Below, in pieces: positions 50,001 to 56,891 of a stretch of 64,000 nucleotides of DNA; position 1 is the first letter of the stretch; each line of letters starts with the position of its first letter. The stretch is from positions 117,383 through 181,382 of the forward strand of contig CAZCVI010000002.1 of assembly GCA_964502145.1 (NCBI GenBank), given 5' to 3'. The notes below the pieces were generated by a model, which saw nothing but the letters and a program-made list of their open reading frames with translations, was not told the origin of the DNA and ran no database searches. The translations under genes and the position numbers were made by a program. The DNA is from an uncultured Clostridia bacterium. Lineage in GTDB: Bacteria > Acidobacteriota > Aminicenantia > UBA2199.

Positions 50001-53000
50001 CGTGGGTGGCGATGGCGTCGGTGTTGTAGTCTTAAAAACTCTGGCACGGGCCCAGGTGGATGGCGATCATATTTATGCTGTCATCAAAGGTTCTGCCATT
50101 AATAATGATGGTATTGGCAAAGTAGGTTACCATGCCCCCAGCATCAATGGTCAGGCTGCCGCCATTCGCGCCGCGTGTGCCAATGCTGCCATTGATCCCG
50201 GTAGTATCGGTTATATTGAAACCCATGGGACCGGCACCCAGTTGGGGGACACCGTGGAGATAGAGGCATTAAAACTCGTTTTTAACGCCCTCGTCTTGCC
50301 CCAGCATAAAAATACCTGCGCTATCGGGTCAGTCAAAACCAATTTTGGTCACCTGGGCAGTGCCGCCGGGGTGGCTGGATTCATTAAGACCGTATTGACC
50401 TTAAAACACCGCCTCATTCCACCCAGCTTGCACTTTGAACGCCCCAACCCGAAGATTGATTTTGAAAACAGCCCCTTTTACGTCAACACCCAATTAACCC
50501 CGTGGCCCTCCACCCTTCTTCCCGCGCGGGCCAGTGTCAGTTCCTTTGGCATAGGCGGCACCAACGCCCATATTATTTTGGAAGCCGTGGCCCCTACCAG
50601 CCCCGCATTCCCCGCCAGCGCCCGTCCCGATCAATTGCTATTATTATCCGCCCGCACCCCCGCTGCCCTGCACACCATGTCCGTCAATCTGCTGGAGTAT
50701 TTAAAAGAAAACCCGGTGCTTTCCCTGGCCGATGTGGCCTACACCTTGCAAGTGGGCAGAAAGCGTATGGCAATCAGGAGAAAGCTGGTATGTTCCACTT
50801 CCGCCCAGGTGATTGACCAGCTTGCTGCTTCCGGGCCCGCCCATGTCGGCGCTTACACCGCCTTGGTCGCCGATGAAGATAGGAAAGTTATATTTATGTT
50901 CCCTGGTCTTGGTGCGCAGCACGTTAATATGGGGCGCGGGCTTTATCACACCGAACCCATCTTCCGCGATGTGATGGACCGTTGTTTTGCTATATTAAAA
51001 GACCTGTACCCCGTGGACATAAAAGAAATTCTGTACCCTGCCGGGGAAATCTCGCCGGCATCAAACAGCCAATTCCACTCCTTTGAAGTCGAGCAACTCG
51101 TGTTGTTTGTGTTTGAATATGCCTTGGCCAGACTCATTTTGTCGTGGGGCATTCAGCCCCATGCCATGATCGGTTACAGTTTTGGCGAGTATGTGGCCGC
51201 CTGTTTAGCCGGGGTGTTTCGCTTGCAGGATATCTTAAAGTTGCTGGTCGTCCGTGGGCGGCTCATTTCCCAGCTTCCCGCCGGTGCCATGTTAAGTGTT
51301 CCCCTGCCAGTGGAAGCCGTGCAGCCTTTTCTTCCCGCCGAATTATCCATCGCCATAGACAACCGTTCCTCCTGCGTAGTTTCCGGGCCCGCCCAGGCCG
51401 TGGCTTCCTTTGCTCAGCAGATGAAAGCCAAGAAGCTCTTGTGTCCGCCCTTTGAATCCCCCTTTGCCGCGCATTCGTCGCAGTTGGACCCCATATTGGC
51501 GGAGTTTCACAAGGAAGTCGCTACAATTTCCCTCCAGACCCCGCAAATACCCTATATTTCAACCTGTACTGGCACATGGATCACTGTTGCCGACGCGCAG
51601 TCCCCAGAGTATTGGGTCAAACAACTCAGGTCCACCGTTTATTTTGTCCGCGGTATTCATCAGATTATAGAAGGGGTCTCCCCGGTATTTCTAGAAATGG
51701 GCCCCGGACGCGACATGAGTGCCCTGGTGAACCGTGAGATCACCGCTAAAACCGGCATACAGACCATGAACCTCCTCCGTCATCGCGGTTCCTTAAAAGA
51801 GCGCACCGATGAAGATTACTTGCTGGATAAAATCGGTCGCTTATGGTTGTATGGCGTGAATATAGACTGGCAAGCCTATCATTCCGGCCAGAGACGAAGT
51901 CGTCTCTCATTGCCTACCTATCCCTTTGAGAAAAAGCGGGCCTGGAAAATTATGGAAAATTATCACGCCGGTCAATATTCCTATCTACCCGGCGCCCCCG
52001 GTGCGCCAGAGAGTTCGCACCCGGCCCAAGGAACACCTCTGGCAGAAACACCGGGTGATCATTGGACACAAGAGCCCCCCCATCTCGAATGGAATGCTAG
52101 GCCGCAACTTTCCACCTCATATGTCGCTCCCCGCGATGAGGTGCAACAAGTCCTGCTTGATATCTGGCAGCATTTTTTTGGTATTCAAGAGATCGGTATC
52201 ACCGATGATTTTTTTGAATTGGGTGGCGATTCATTAAAAGCCACCACCCTGTTATCCACCCTGCACAAGGAAGCCAATATACTCGTCCCCCTCACTTATT
52301 TCTTCGATAATCCTACCATTGAAAAAATCGCCGCTTATGCCATAACCAGTGAAAATGACGCAGACCCAGGCGAAAAAGAGTTCCATGCCATCCAACTTTT
52401 GGAACAGAAAGAGTATTACCCCCTCTCTTCCGCGCAAAAGCGCATGACCTTTTTTCAGCAGTTGGACCAGACCAGTATCGGATACAACCTGGTGCTGGCA
52501 AACACCATCCAGGGCAATCTGGATACCCTAAAACTGGCCGCCATATTCACCAAACTAAGCGCACGGCACGAGATTTTGCGTACCTCTATTGAAGAGATAC
52601 AGGGTGAAACCGTCCAAAGAATTCATCCACATATTGCTGCCACACTGATCACCGGTCATGGAGAGTCCCCCGAAGTATTTATCGCCCAGTTCATCCGTCC
52701 CTTTGATTTAGCCCGTGCCCCCCTCATGCGGGTCGGGTTGTTGTCTATGGCCGAGCAGCAGTATTTATTAATCGTCGACATGCATCATATCATCTCTGAT
52801 GGCACGTCATTGGCCGTATTGATCGGAGAGTTTTTGGCTCTGTATCAGGAAAAAGAGTTGCCTGTTCTGTTGTTGCAGTATAAAGATTACGCTGTCTGGC
52901 AGAACCAGGAAATGGCCGGTGGGTTGTTTGTTTCGCAGCGGGATTACTGGATAAAGACATTTGCCGGTGAAGTTCCCGTGCTTGAATTGCCTTATGATTG

Positions 53001-56000
53001 TATCAGGCCGTTGGATCGCACCTATGCTGGCGATCTGTTGGCCTTTGAAATTGATCGTGCAGAGACTTCGGCGTTAAATCATTTCGCCAGTCAGCAGGGG
53101 GTCACATTGTACATGGTGTTGCTCTGCTTAACCACTATCCTTTTAGCCAAGTTAAGTGGTCAGGAAACCGTGGTCGTAGGAACTCCCATTGCCGGTCGTA
53201 CCCATGCGGACCTGGGCCGGATTATCGGCATGTTTGTCAATACCCTGGCCATGAAGAATGAACCCAATGGCCAAAAAACTATCCAGGAATTTTTAAAGGA
53301 AGTCAAAGAAAACACCTTGAGTGCTTTTGCCAACCAGAACTACCAGTATGAAGAACTGGTCGAGCACCTGCCCATAGATCGCAGTCTAGGCCATAACCCC
53401 TTGTTTGACACCCTGTTGGTCTTGCAAAACATGGCTCTGCCCAATATCAATATTCCCGAATTGACCTTAACACCCTATCCGTATCATACCGGTTTGGTAA
53501 ATTTTGATTTGACTTTCCTGTGTGTTGAAACCCCAGCTACCCTCTCGTTCACCCTTGAATACAGTACAGAACTCTTTAAAAAAGAAACCGCCCAACGCTT
53601 TATCGGTTTTTTCAAAAAGATATTAACCACCGTATTGGCGCACCCCGAAGGAAAAATATCCCAGATCGAGATAATATCCCAGCCAGAAAAAACCCAGATT
53701 TTATATGATTTCAACAACACCACCGTTACATACCCGGCCAACCAAACCCTTCCCCAATTATTTTCCGACCAAGCCGCACGAACCCCAGACCATATCGCCA
53801 TTATTGGTCCCACCCTGGCTCTAACCCACTGCCAATTAACCTACTCCCAATTAAACGAAGCATCCAATCGCCTCGCCCATTGGTTACTTTCCACTGGCGT
53901 CCGTCCCAATACCATCGTCGCCATCATGATCGAACGTTCCATTGAATTGATCATCGGCATTATCGGCATATTAGAATCCGGTGCCGCCTATCTTCCCATC
54001 GATCCCCAATACCCCGAGGAGCGAAAACAATATATACTAGCAGACAGCAATACAACCCTCATCCTAACCCAACACTCCATCCAACAAGCCATTCCCATCA
54101 CTCCCATCACTCCCAACACTCCCATAATTCCCATACTTCCCATCACTCCCATAAATCTCGCCTATATCATCTACACTTCCGGTTCCACCGGCAGACCCAA
54201 GGGCGTCATGGTAGACCATCACAGCATCGCCAACACCTTGTATTACCGCTGCCAGGAATATCGTATCGTGCCCAGTGATCGTGTACTCCAATTGTTTTCC
54301 TTTGCTTTTGATGGATTTCTCACCTCTTGTTTTACCCCCCTGCTTTCTGGCGCATCTGTCGTGCAGTTAAGCCAGGAGGACATAAAAGATATCTTCCGTA
54401 TCAAAGAGATGATTGTCGCCCAACGAATCACCCACTTTATCGCTGTCCCGTCCCTGTACCGCTCTTTATTGGAAGTCGCCACTGCCCTTGAGTTATCCCA
54501 CCTAAAAATCGTAACCCTTGCCGGTGAGCAGGTGCCCCCCGACCTCGTGGTAAAAAGTAAGTCTTTAAACCCCTTGTTGGAATTGGTCAATGAGTACGGT
54601 CCCACCGAGAGCAGTGTCCTGACCTCCATACACAGAAACCTCGAACCCGGTGCCATTATTTCCATCGGTAAACCCATAGCCAATACCCGGATTTATATTC
54701 TTGATCAAGATGATCATGTTGCCCCCATCGGGTTACCCGGTCAACTCGTTATATCTGGTCTTGGTTTGGCCCGCGGGTATCTCAATAATCCCCAACTCAC
54801 CGCCGCTACATTTTTCTCTTTAGCCCATTCAGCCACCTTCGCCACCCTCTCACCAAAACTCTATAAGAGCGGTGATTTGGCCCGCTGGTTGCCAGATGGA
54901 AACATAGAGTTCCTCGGTCGCATTGATCAGCAGGTTAAAATCCGTGGCTTCCGTATTGAATTGGGCGAGATCGAAAACCAACTGCTTCGCCATCCCCAGA
55001 TCAAAGAGGCAGTAGTGGATGTTAGAACCGAAAACAGCGGCGATCACTATTTATGCGCTTATATTGTCACCCAGGGCGAATGGGACATCTCCCAGGCAAG
55101 AGAATATCTGGCCAAGACCTTACCCGATTACATGATTCCCGCGCATTTTGTCGCCTTGGAGAAAATCCCCTTGTCCCCCACTGGCAAGATTCTACGTTCA
55201 GCCTTACCCCAACCGCAATTAAAAAGCGCGGCCCAGTACGTGCCCCCCCGCAATGACATAGAACAACAATTGGTAGAGATATGGACCGAGATTTTGGGCA
55301 GTGATCCATTGTTTGCCTCTTTTTTACATCCCTCTATAGGCATTGATGATAACTTTTTCCATCTCGGTGGGCACTCCTTAAAAGCCATGACCATGGTCAC
55401 CAAGCTCCATAAAGCCCTAAATGTTAAAGTGCCCTTGGTGGAAGTCTTTAAAACCTTGACCATCAGGAAACTGGCCGCCTATATTTTAGGTTTAAAAAAA
55501 GAGTTATACACCGCCATCCAACCCGCTGAAACCAGAGAGTATTATGACTTATCCTCTGCCCAGCGCCGGTTTTATATCTTGCAGCAAATGGAGCTGGACA
55601 GTTTTGCCTACAACAATTTTTCCGTCATGGTTTTGGACGGATTATTTGATAAAGAGAAATTTGGCCACGCGTTAAACCAATTGATCGCCAGACATGACAG
55701 TTTAAGAACCTCTTTTGAATTAATCGGAGGTGAACCTTTCCAAAAGATACATCAACAAGTAGTCGCGGAAATCGCTTATTTTGATTTCACCCCTCCCGGA
55801 AAAAGTCAGCTCTTAGAATCCACCATCCAACATTTTAACCGTCCTTTTGATTTATCTCATGCCCCCTTGCTCAGGTTCGGCATTATTCTCGTGGAGCAGC
55901 AAAAATCCTTGTTGCTGTTAAGCCTCCACCATATCATCAGTGACGGCACATCCATCGGCACCTTTATGAACGAGTTAATTTATTTATACCTGGGCCGAGA

Positions 56001-56889
56001 ACTCCCACCCCTGCGATTGCAATATCACGATTTCTCCCAGTGGCAAAAAAACCTCCTGGTTTCCGGGGCATTAAAGACCCAGGAAGAATACTGGTTAAAA
56101 GTTTTTGCCGGGGAACTGCCCGTTCTTGAAATGCCCACCGATTACCCCAGACCAGCCGTGCAAAGTTTTGCCGGTCACAGTATCGATTTCTTTCTGGAGG
56201 AAGATGTCGCCCGGCAGTTGGAAACCCTGGTGAAAGAAACTGGCACCACGTTATATATTTTGTTATTGGCCCTGTACAGTATCTTGTTAAGCAAATTTAC
56301 CGGGCAGAAAGACATCATCATCGGCTCTCCTATTGCCGGGCGCAACCACGCTGATTTAGAAGGGCTGATCGGGTTATTCATTGAGACCATCGTGATCCGC
56401 TGTTTTCCCCTCGGAGATAAACCCTTTTTGGAATTCTTGGCAGAGGTGAAAAGCAATACCTTTAATGCCTATGAGAACCAGGGTTATCCCTTCGGGGAAT
56501 TATTAAAGCACGTGGGCACCCAGCAGTGGGATGGCAGTCGGAACCCCTTGTTTGATGCCATGTTAATTGTTCAGAATGTCACCCAGGATTTTAAAGTGAT
56601 GTTATTGGAAGATGTAAAGATCAGCCCTTATGTGGCCAGTGACCACCGGGTCTCTAAAATGGATATTACCCTGGAGGTCATCGAAGCCCCCGGCAGAATT
56701 CATTGTAACCTGGAATACTGTACCGCGCTATTCACACACGAGACCATGGCAGCCTTTATCGCTTCTTTTCAGAAAATCGTGGCCATTGTTTTAGAAAATA
56801 ATAACATAAGATTGCAAGACATCCAATTGTCCCATGAATTAAAAGGTGCCACCGCCTCTATTTACGATGACGCCGAAATAGAGTTTTAA
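38071..56889 (+). CDS. Hybrid NRPS/PKS megasynthase (6272 aa): C1-A1-T1-C2-A2(interrupted by rSAM+B12-binding insert)-T2-C3-A3-T3-KS-AT-T4-C4-A4-T5-C5(terminal)
   Basis: C-domain HHxxxDG motifs at about 41731, 46487, 52783 and 55927 (HHIIYDG in C1). A-domain A3 motifs YTSGTTGKPKG and TSGSTG(K/R)PKG are present. T-domain motifs are GGHSLK, GGNSMN and GGDSLK. KS motifs are NTACSTSL, HGTGT and NFGHLG. AT motifs are FPGLGAQ and GYSFGEY. Confidence 0.95.
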   Translation: MSQLERKKIADILMLTHLQEGILFHYLQEPKSAQYFEQLSLEISGEINLELFKTAWHTVIQTNEMLRTVFRWEKMEKPTQIILKEHTCDITFYDLTDEATNRQKSRLQEIKDKDKQTPFDLQEVPMRIMLCKLGTHDYEMIISNHHIIYDGWSNGIILKEFFRAYYGLSAGKPALLPDKPSFKEFIKWLQNEDKYEKDKQKAFWRDYLAGLDGQTELPLKNIKNRKNTGSKQVEHYSLVLEPELKERLEAFAKTKRFTLAGVFYTVWGLLLHQYCNSQDVLFGTTVAGRSARIKGIEEMVGLFINTIPLRIQTTPGEKMVAVVSGVDHALQARELFENTPLLDIRNYSGLSGYVSLFDTLVVIENYPLDSRLLPEESGLSVHAFTIAEMTHYDLTVGIVLFNEIAVTFSYNPELFAQEMIAHLAGHFLSLVQMIIENGEQDICAIEIISPEEKHRVLYEFNNTAAEYPSNKTIPQLFMEQSARTPDYIALIWEKSGACHISYAELNELSNRLAYWLQTEGIRPDTIVAIMVNRSIEMIVGLMGILKAGAAYLPINPEYPAERIQFMLQDSTAKIVLTEPIIQATTSHIPIPPIIPIIPIPPITPSNLAYVIYTSGTTGKPKGVLVEHQNAVNVVCWLGRKYQLNPDTHIILMSDYTFDASIDQIFGALLHGASLYIASKEFMLDMDALRHYINKNRINFINFVPLVLNELLGYREKLPSLNTVISGAERLDDTIKDNILKRGYHLYNHYGPTETTVETLVFTCTDAPVYLGKPIANTKIYILDQWEHIVPIGVPGELYIAGAGLARGYLNRSDLTAEKFVATPHGVENDPVSRTYRTGDLGCWLPDGNIAFLGRIDQQVKIRGFRVELGEIEAQLRTFPEIKQVVVSAKEDNRGDKTLCAYIVSRQLSTGPTAPLDPAVLTTYLAGILPDYMIPAYYVQLAEIPLLPNGKVDRKNLPEPVFIATQAYQEPRHELDRRLQTIWTSVLFGNVLSEDSSAPPPKPIGIDDNFFHMGGHSLKIMNMAAKIHKELNLEIPVQELFTHPTIRVLANYINTREHTKNITKNNFAEIAAIEVKEYYPLSSAQKRVYILYLMETDSINYNMHEVFRLEGELDVGRLEKSFTQLIRRHESLRTSFFLLHDEPVQKIVAASDVPFASEFFDPNEKDTLVEPALNDTALMENTTVYDINQRFLRPFDLTQAPLFRVGLIKIAKNSHILMAGMHHIISDGISIDLFITDFVALYRGQNLPPLPIQYKEYAHWQHQKKAQGAFNSQRSYWLHEFAGELPVLTMPYDFPRPAVQSFAGDKYYFNLPAYETKTLIKRCQEEAVTLFMMLSAIYYVMLWKLSGAEEIVVGSPTAGRRHADLESILGMFVNTLAVKTSPAKETRFKPFLAQVKQKNLAAFENQEYQFDDLVEELLPARDLGRNPLFDMMFILQNMTGTTNTAINIPGLKITRLPFETHIAPFDFYLMAEERQESIYFTVGYCTKLFTLETVRRFMGYYREILATVVTQPEVELARIDILSPAEKRQLVQEFNNTQRPYPQGQTIPQWFAEQAARTPEAIAVVGEGVITYRELNQRANQLAHLLRQKGVAPDTIVALFMFRSIQMVVGILGILKAGGAYLPINPVYPGQRVLSILEDSGGNYFISDEKTSRPLSFTGLQRLDVPEVTPLVTAKRPQITNFDSLPHPDRTLIDYSKYHRYIGIAPAKYTVSIQATRGCPYQCAYCHKIWPKTHVMRRAEDIFAEISACYQAGVKRFVFIDDVFNLNKKNSGQLFQTLIDHHYDVQLFFPNGLRGDILTPDFIDLMIEAGTVNIDLALETASPRLQKLINKQLNLEKFAANVHYITQKHPHVVLEMEMMIGFPTETEAEALQTLELLQSFKWVHFPNLNILKIYPNTDMAQLAIENGVSRKLIHSSTTLAFHELPETLPFSKDFVREYQARFTNQYFLSQERLRHVLKQQVKSFTADELVQKYDSYLPVEIKSFADILKCADISSAALGPIEFIPEARFAAPDFNQRIKAFFPSRPSSENAFRLLFLDLSQSFRADMGHTLYDVGAEPLGLMYLASYLQEQLGPHVRVKVLKSRIDFDSYAQLQEQITLFQPHLIGLRTLSLYKDFFHRTVSLLRQWGITAPIIAGGPYATSDYKQMLQDPHIHLAVLGEGEATTLHLVKEMMTKNNTWPADDVLETIPGLAFIRQSERMLTTAPQRQVLLLDQISGPLAHFPTTNPQNVNHPGDLLYLISTSGSTGKPKSVMVEHRTLVNLLHFQFHHTAIHFSRVLQFAAIGFDVSVQEIFSALLAGGTLYLPDEDMKSDVPRLFQFIQQNQIEILFLPPAFLNFVFSDPDYIPLFPDCVRHIIAAGEQLIVNEALRLFLKQRHVYLHNHYGPSETHVVTTLTMDPTQEIPHFPGIGSPVSNTGIYILDSQSNLLPLGVSGELNIGGIQVGRGYLGNVALTAEKFVPNPFVPGDRLYRTGDMARWWSNGSIQFLGRLDFQIKIRGFRIEPGEIEGQLKKHPDIKETIVLALADNKGELYLVAYVVLQPQTTMPLLREFLLNRLPDYMVPAHFIPLARIPLNASGKVDRHALPPPENTPGNGHVAPRDPMEKKLAAIWCTVLGKDVAQDTVSIDDNFFQMGGHSLKATALTSRLAKEFHVKVPLVEIFKEPTIRGLSGYIAHSMVEQYAGITPVEEQEYYPLSSAQKRLHFLQQMDKAGTTYHLTSNWLLEGVVAKNHLEQSLLKLLQRHESLRTSFDIIAEEPVQIIHPKLAFVIEDEHATMDSFLRPFALSHAPLLRVGLVKIAAEKFLLLVDMHHIISDGLSMDILSREFTALLAGVELPPLRLQYKDYAAWQSSEKESPHFRQQELFWQQEFSGAIPVLDLPVDYSRPPVQSFAGASLPFALSRDSVVSLQAIAVEASATMYMVLLTCYTIFLAKMSNQEDIVIGTPIAGRRHADLEKIIGMFVNTLVLRNYPVAEKKFSDFLAEVKERTLKAFENQEYPYEDLVDKVTITRDVCRNPLFDTMFVLQNATPPPVDIPGLKIAPVPQENKTAKFDLTLTAVETPEKIELNFEYCTKLFKKESIHRFITYFTNIIDSVLADPFIVLGQIPLLSPAQREQLLVEINAPAIRYPNFKTIQGLFAEQVKKTPDRPALTGIRYDQAETHLTYRQLDQLSRQLAHQLTGRGLGPNKRAAIMVGRNVEMIIAILGIIQAGAAYVPLDPQAPVERLHYVLADCGAELLLTFRPLAARLAPAIDTLYLEEFTTLPATPPDAVLSGHPDDLAYIIYTSGSTGRPKGVPICHRNVSPLLFWGYRYLGICRLDRVIQSPSYYFDWSVWEIFITLTSGAHLVMISEELVLDPPALVEFIRQHAITTLHITPTQLSYLVNSRRPMLSLHHLCIGAEKLTYDLVARALPLLATDCRIYNMYGPTEATIISAVAEIDREQIPFYLKLPSIPIGHTIANTTLFVLDHSMNPCPIHVVGELYIAGDALARGYLNDPEKTVASFVTNPFAEICGPYLYKTGDRVRRLEDGSILFLGRADDQVKIRGYRIELGEIENWLLHYPHVKDALVLVKADHLQEKYLCAYVACPIELDTAELRDFLAARLPAYMIPAHFITLEHMPLNPNGKVDKKRLPLPEMQTSPQVVAPKNDLEKTILSIWQDVLGLDHVGTTDNYFERGGNSMNIVKVSHRLKSVLNRDIPVMDLFRYPTIKTLAAYLNQSPGHVPFTPSEIGESLLLNQPEIPRHESVSTTPAIAVIGMAGRLPGANTISAFWNNLKHGVESIAFFSPAEFADNGGDPRSVNLPNYVKTRCDLQDIQYFDSSFFGYTPVEAEIIDPQMRLFHECVWEAFEDAGYESGSYAGRIGLYSGGESSSFWETLTSLSQIGQLMNPLILGNLNNKDYLSSRIAYKFNLRGPSVTMNTACSTSLVAIHFAVQGLLNRECEIALAGGVRVMLPGKTGYLYQEGMIQSPDGHCRAFDARANGTVGGDGVGVVVLKTLARAQVDGDHIYAVIKGSAINNDGIGKVGYHAPSINGQAAAIRAACANAAIDPGSIGYIETHGTGTQLGDTVEIEALKLVFNALVLPQHKNTCAIGSVKTNFGHLGSAAGVAGFIKTVLTLKHRLIPPSLHFERPNPKIDFENSPFYVNTQLTPWPSTLLPARASVSSFGIGGTNAHIILEAVAPTSPAFPASARPDQLLLLSARTPAALHTMSVNLLEYLKENPVLSLADVAYTLQVGRKRMAIRRKLVCSTSAQVIDQLAASGPAHVGAYTALVADEDRKVIFMFPGLGAQHVNMGRGLYHTEPIFRDVMDRCFAILKDLYPVDIKEILYPAGEISPASNSQFHSFEVEQLVLFVFEYALARLILSWGIQPHAMIGYSFGEYVAACLAGVFRLQDILKLLVVRGRLISQLPAGAMLSVPLPVEAVQPFLPAELSIAIDNRSSCVVSGPAQAVASFAQQMKAKKLLCPPFESPFAAHSSQLDPILAEFHKEVATISLQTPQIPYISTCTGTWITVADAQSPEYWVKQLRSTVYFVRGIHQIIEGVSPVFLEMGPGRDMSALVNREITAKTGIQTMNLLRHRGSLKERTDEDYLLDKIGRLWLYGVNIDWQAYHSGQRRSRLSLPTYPFEKKRAWKIMENYHAGQYSYLPGAPGAPESSHPAQGTPLAETPGDHWTQEPPHLEWNARPQLSTSYVAPRDEVQQVLLDIWQHFFGIQEIGITDDFFELGGDSLKATTLLSTLHKEANILVPLTYFFDNPTIEKIAAYAITSENDADPGEKEFHAIQLLEQKEYYPLSSAQKRMTFFQQLDQTSIGYNLVLANTIQGNLDTLKLAAIFTKLSARHEILRTSIEEIQGETVQRIHPHIAATLITGHGESPEVFIAQFIRPFDLARAPLMRVGLLSMAEQQYLLIVDMHHIISDGTSLAVLIGEFLALYQEKELPVLLLQYKDYAVWQNQEMAGGLFVSQRDYWIKTFAGEVPVLELPYDCIRPLDRTYAGDLLAFEIDRAETSALNHFASQQGVTLYMVLLCLTTILLAKLSGQETVVVGTPIAGRTHADLGRIIGMFVNTLAMKNEPNGQKTIQEFLKEVKENTLSAFANQNYQYEELVEHLPIDRSLGHNPLFDTLLVLQNMALPNINIPELTLTPYPYHTGLVNFDLTFLCVETPATLSFTLEYSTELFKKETAQRFIGFFKKILTTVLAHPEGKISQIEIISQPEKTQILYDFNNTTVTYPANQTLPQLFSDQAARTPDHIAIIGPTLALTHCQLTYSQLNEASNRLAHWLLSTGVRPNTIVAIMIERSIELIIGIIGILESGAAYLPIDPQYPEERKQYILADSNTTLILTQHSIQQAIPITPITPNTPIIPILPITPINLAYIIYTSGSTGRPKGVMVDHHSIANTLYYRCQEYRIVPSDRVLQLFSFAFDGFLTSCFTPLLSGASVVQLSQEDIKDIFRIKEMIVAQRITHFIAVPSLYRSLLEVATALELSHLKIVTLAGEQVPPDLVVKSKSLNPLLELVNEYGPTESSVLTSIHRNLEPGAIISIGKPIANTRIYILDQDDHVAPIGLPGQLVISGLGLARGYLNNPQLTAATFFSLAHSATFATLSPKLYKSGDLARWLPDGNIEFLGRIDQQVKIRGFRIELGEIENQLLRHPQIKEAVVDVRTENSGDHYLCAYIVTQGEWDISQAREYLAKTLPDYMIPAHFVALEKIPLSPTGKILRSALPQPQLKSAAQYVPPRNDIEQQLVEIWTEILGSDPLFASFLHPSIGIDDNFFHLGGHSLKAMTMVTKLHKALNVKVPLVEVFKTLTIRKLAAYILGLKKELYTAIQPAETREYYDLSSAQRRFYILQQMELDSFAYNNFSVMVLDGLFDKEKFGHALNQLIARHDSLRTSFELIGGEPFQKIHQQVVAEIAYFDFTPPGKSQLLESTIQHFNRPFDLSHAPLLRFGIILVEQQKSLLLLSLHHIISDGTSIGTFMNELIYLYLGRELPPLRLQYHDFSQWQKNLLVSGALKTQEEYWLKVFAGELPVLEMPTDYPRPAVQSFAGHSIDFFLEEDVARQLETLVKETGTTLYILLLALYSILLSKFTGQKDIIIGSPIAGRNHADLEGLIGLFIETIVIRCFPLGDKPFLEFLAEVKSNTFNAYENQGYPFGELLKHVGTQQWDGSRNPLFDAMLIVQNVTQDFKVMLLEDVKISPYVASDHRVSKMDITLEVIEAPGRIHCNLEYCTALFTHETMAAFIASFQKIVAIVLENNNIRLQDIQLSHELKGATASIYDDAEIEF
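39823..39885 (-). repeat. Seven in-frame copies of the NNTCCCATN nonamer (reverse complement WATGGGARN) inside A1 between core motifs A2 and A3, encoding TSHIPIPPIIPIIPIPPITPS
   Basis: Read directly. The unit is identical to the intergenic array at 29204-29257 in opposite orientation. Confidence 0.85.
42990..44760 (+). other. About 590-aa insert in adenylation domain A2, between core motifs A2 and A3: radical SAM core (ATRGCPYQCAYC) followed by a cobalamin-binding-like Rossmann domain (IIAGGPYAT...VLGEGE)
   Basis: A2 motif LKAGGAYLPINP at ~42.93 kb and A3 motif LISTSGSTGKPK at ~44.79 kb. The Cys triad codons are at 43222-43245. The LPHPDRTLIDYSKY linker is typical of B12-rSAM enzymes. GEGE at 44542-44553. 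Confidence 0.75.
49290..52260 (+). other. Embedded PKS module KS-AT-T (no KR/DH/ER) within the NRPS; the AT has non-canonical GYSFGEY and FAAHS motifs
   Basis: KS has TPAIAVIGMAGRLPG, NTACSTSL, HGTGTQLGD and NFGHLGSAAG. AT has FMFPGLGAQ and GYSFGEY (51172-51192). Carrier domain has FFELGGDSLK. Confidence 0.8.
54091..54153 (-). repeat. Seven in-frame copies of the NNTCCCATN nonamer inside A4 between core motifs A2 and A3, encoding IPITPITPNTPIIPILPITPI
   Basis: Read directly. Same repeat family as 39823-39885 and 29204-29257. Confidence 0.85.
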
Positions 56890-56891
56890 CA

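Noticed and set aside
38145-56456. Numerous 60-150-aa ORFs on both strands inside the megasynthase genes (for example 43045..43386 -, 44395..44655 -, 50502..50816 +, 61022..61477 -)
   Set aside because: They lie entirely within, and mostly antisense to, a continuous 6272-aa reading frame with clear NRPS/PKS domain motifs. They have no start-site signals or recognisable motifs and are treated as frame shadows.
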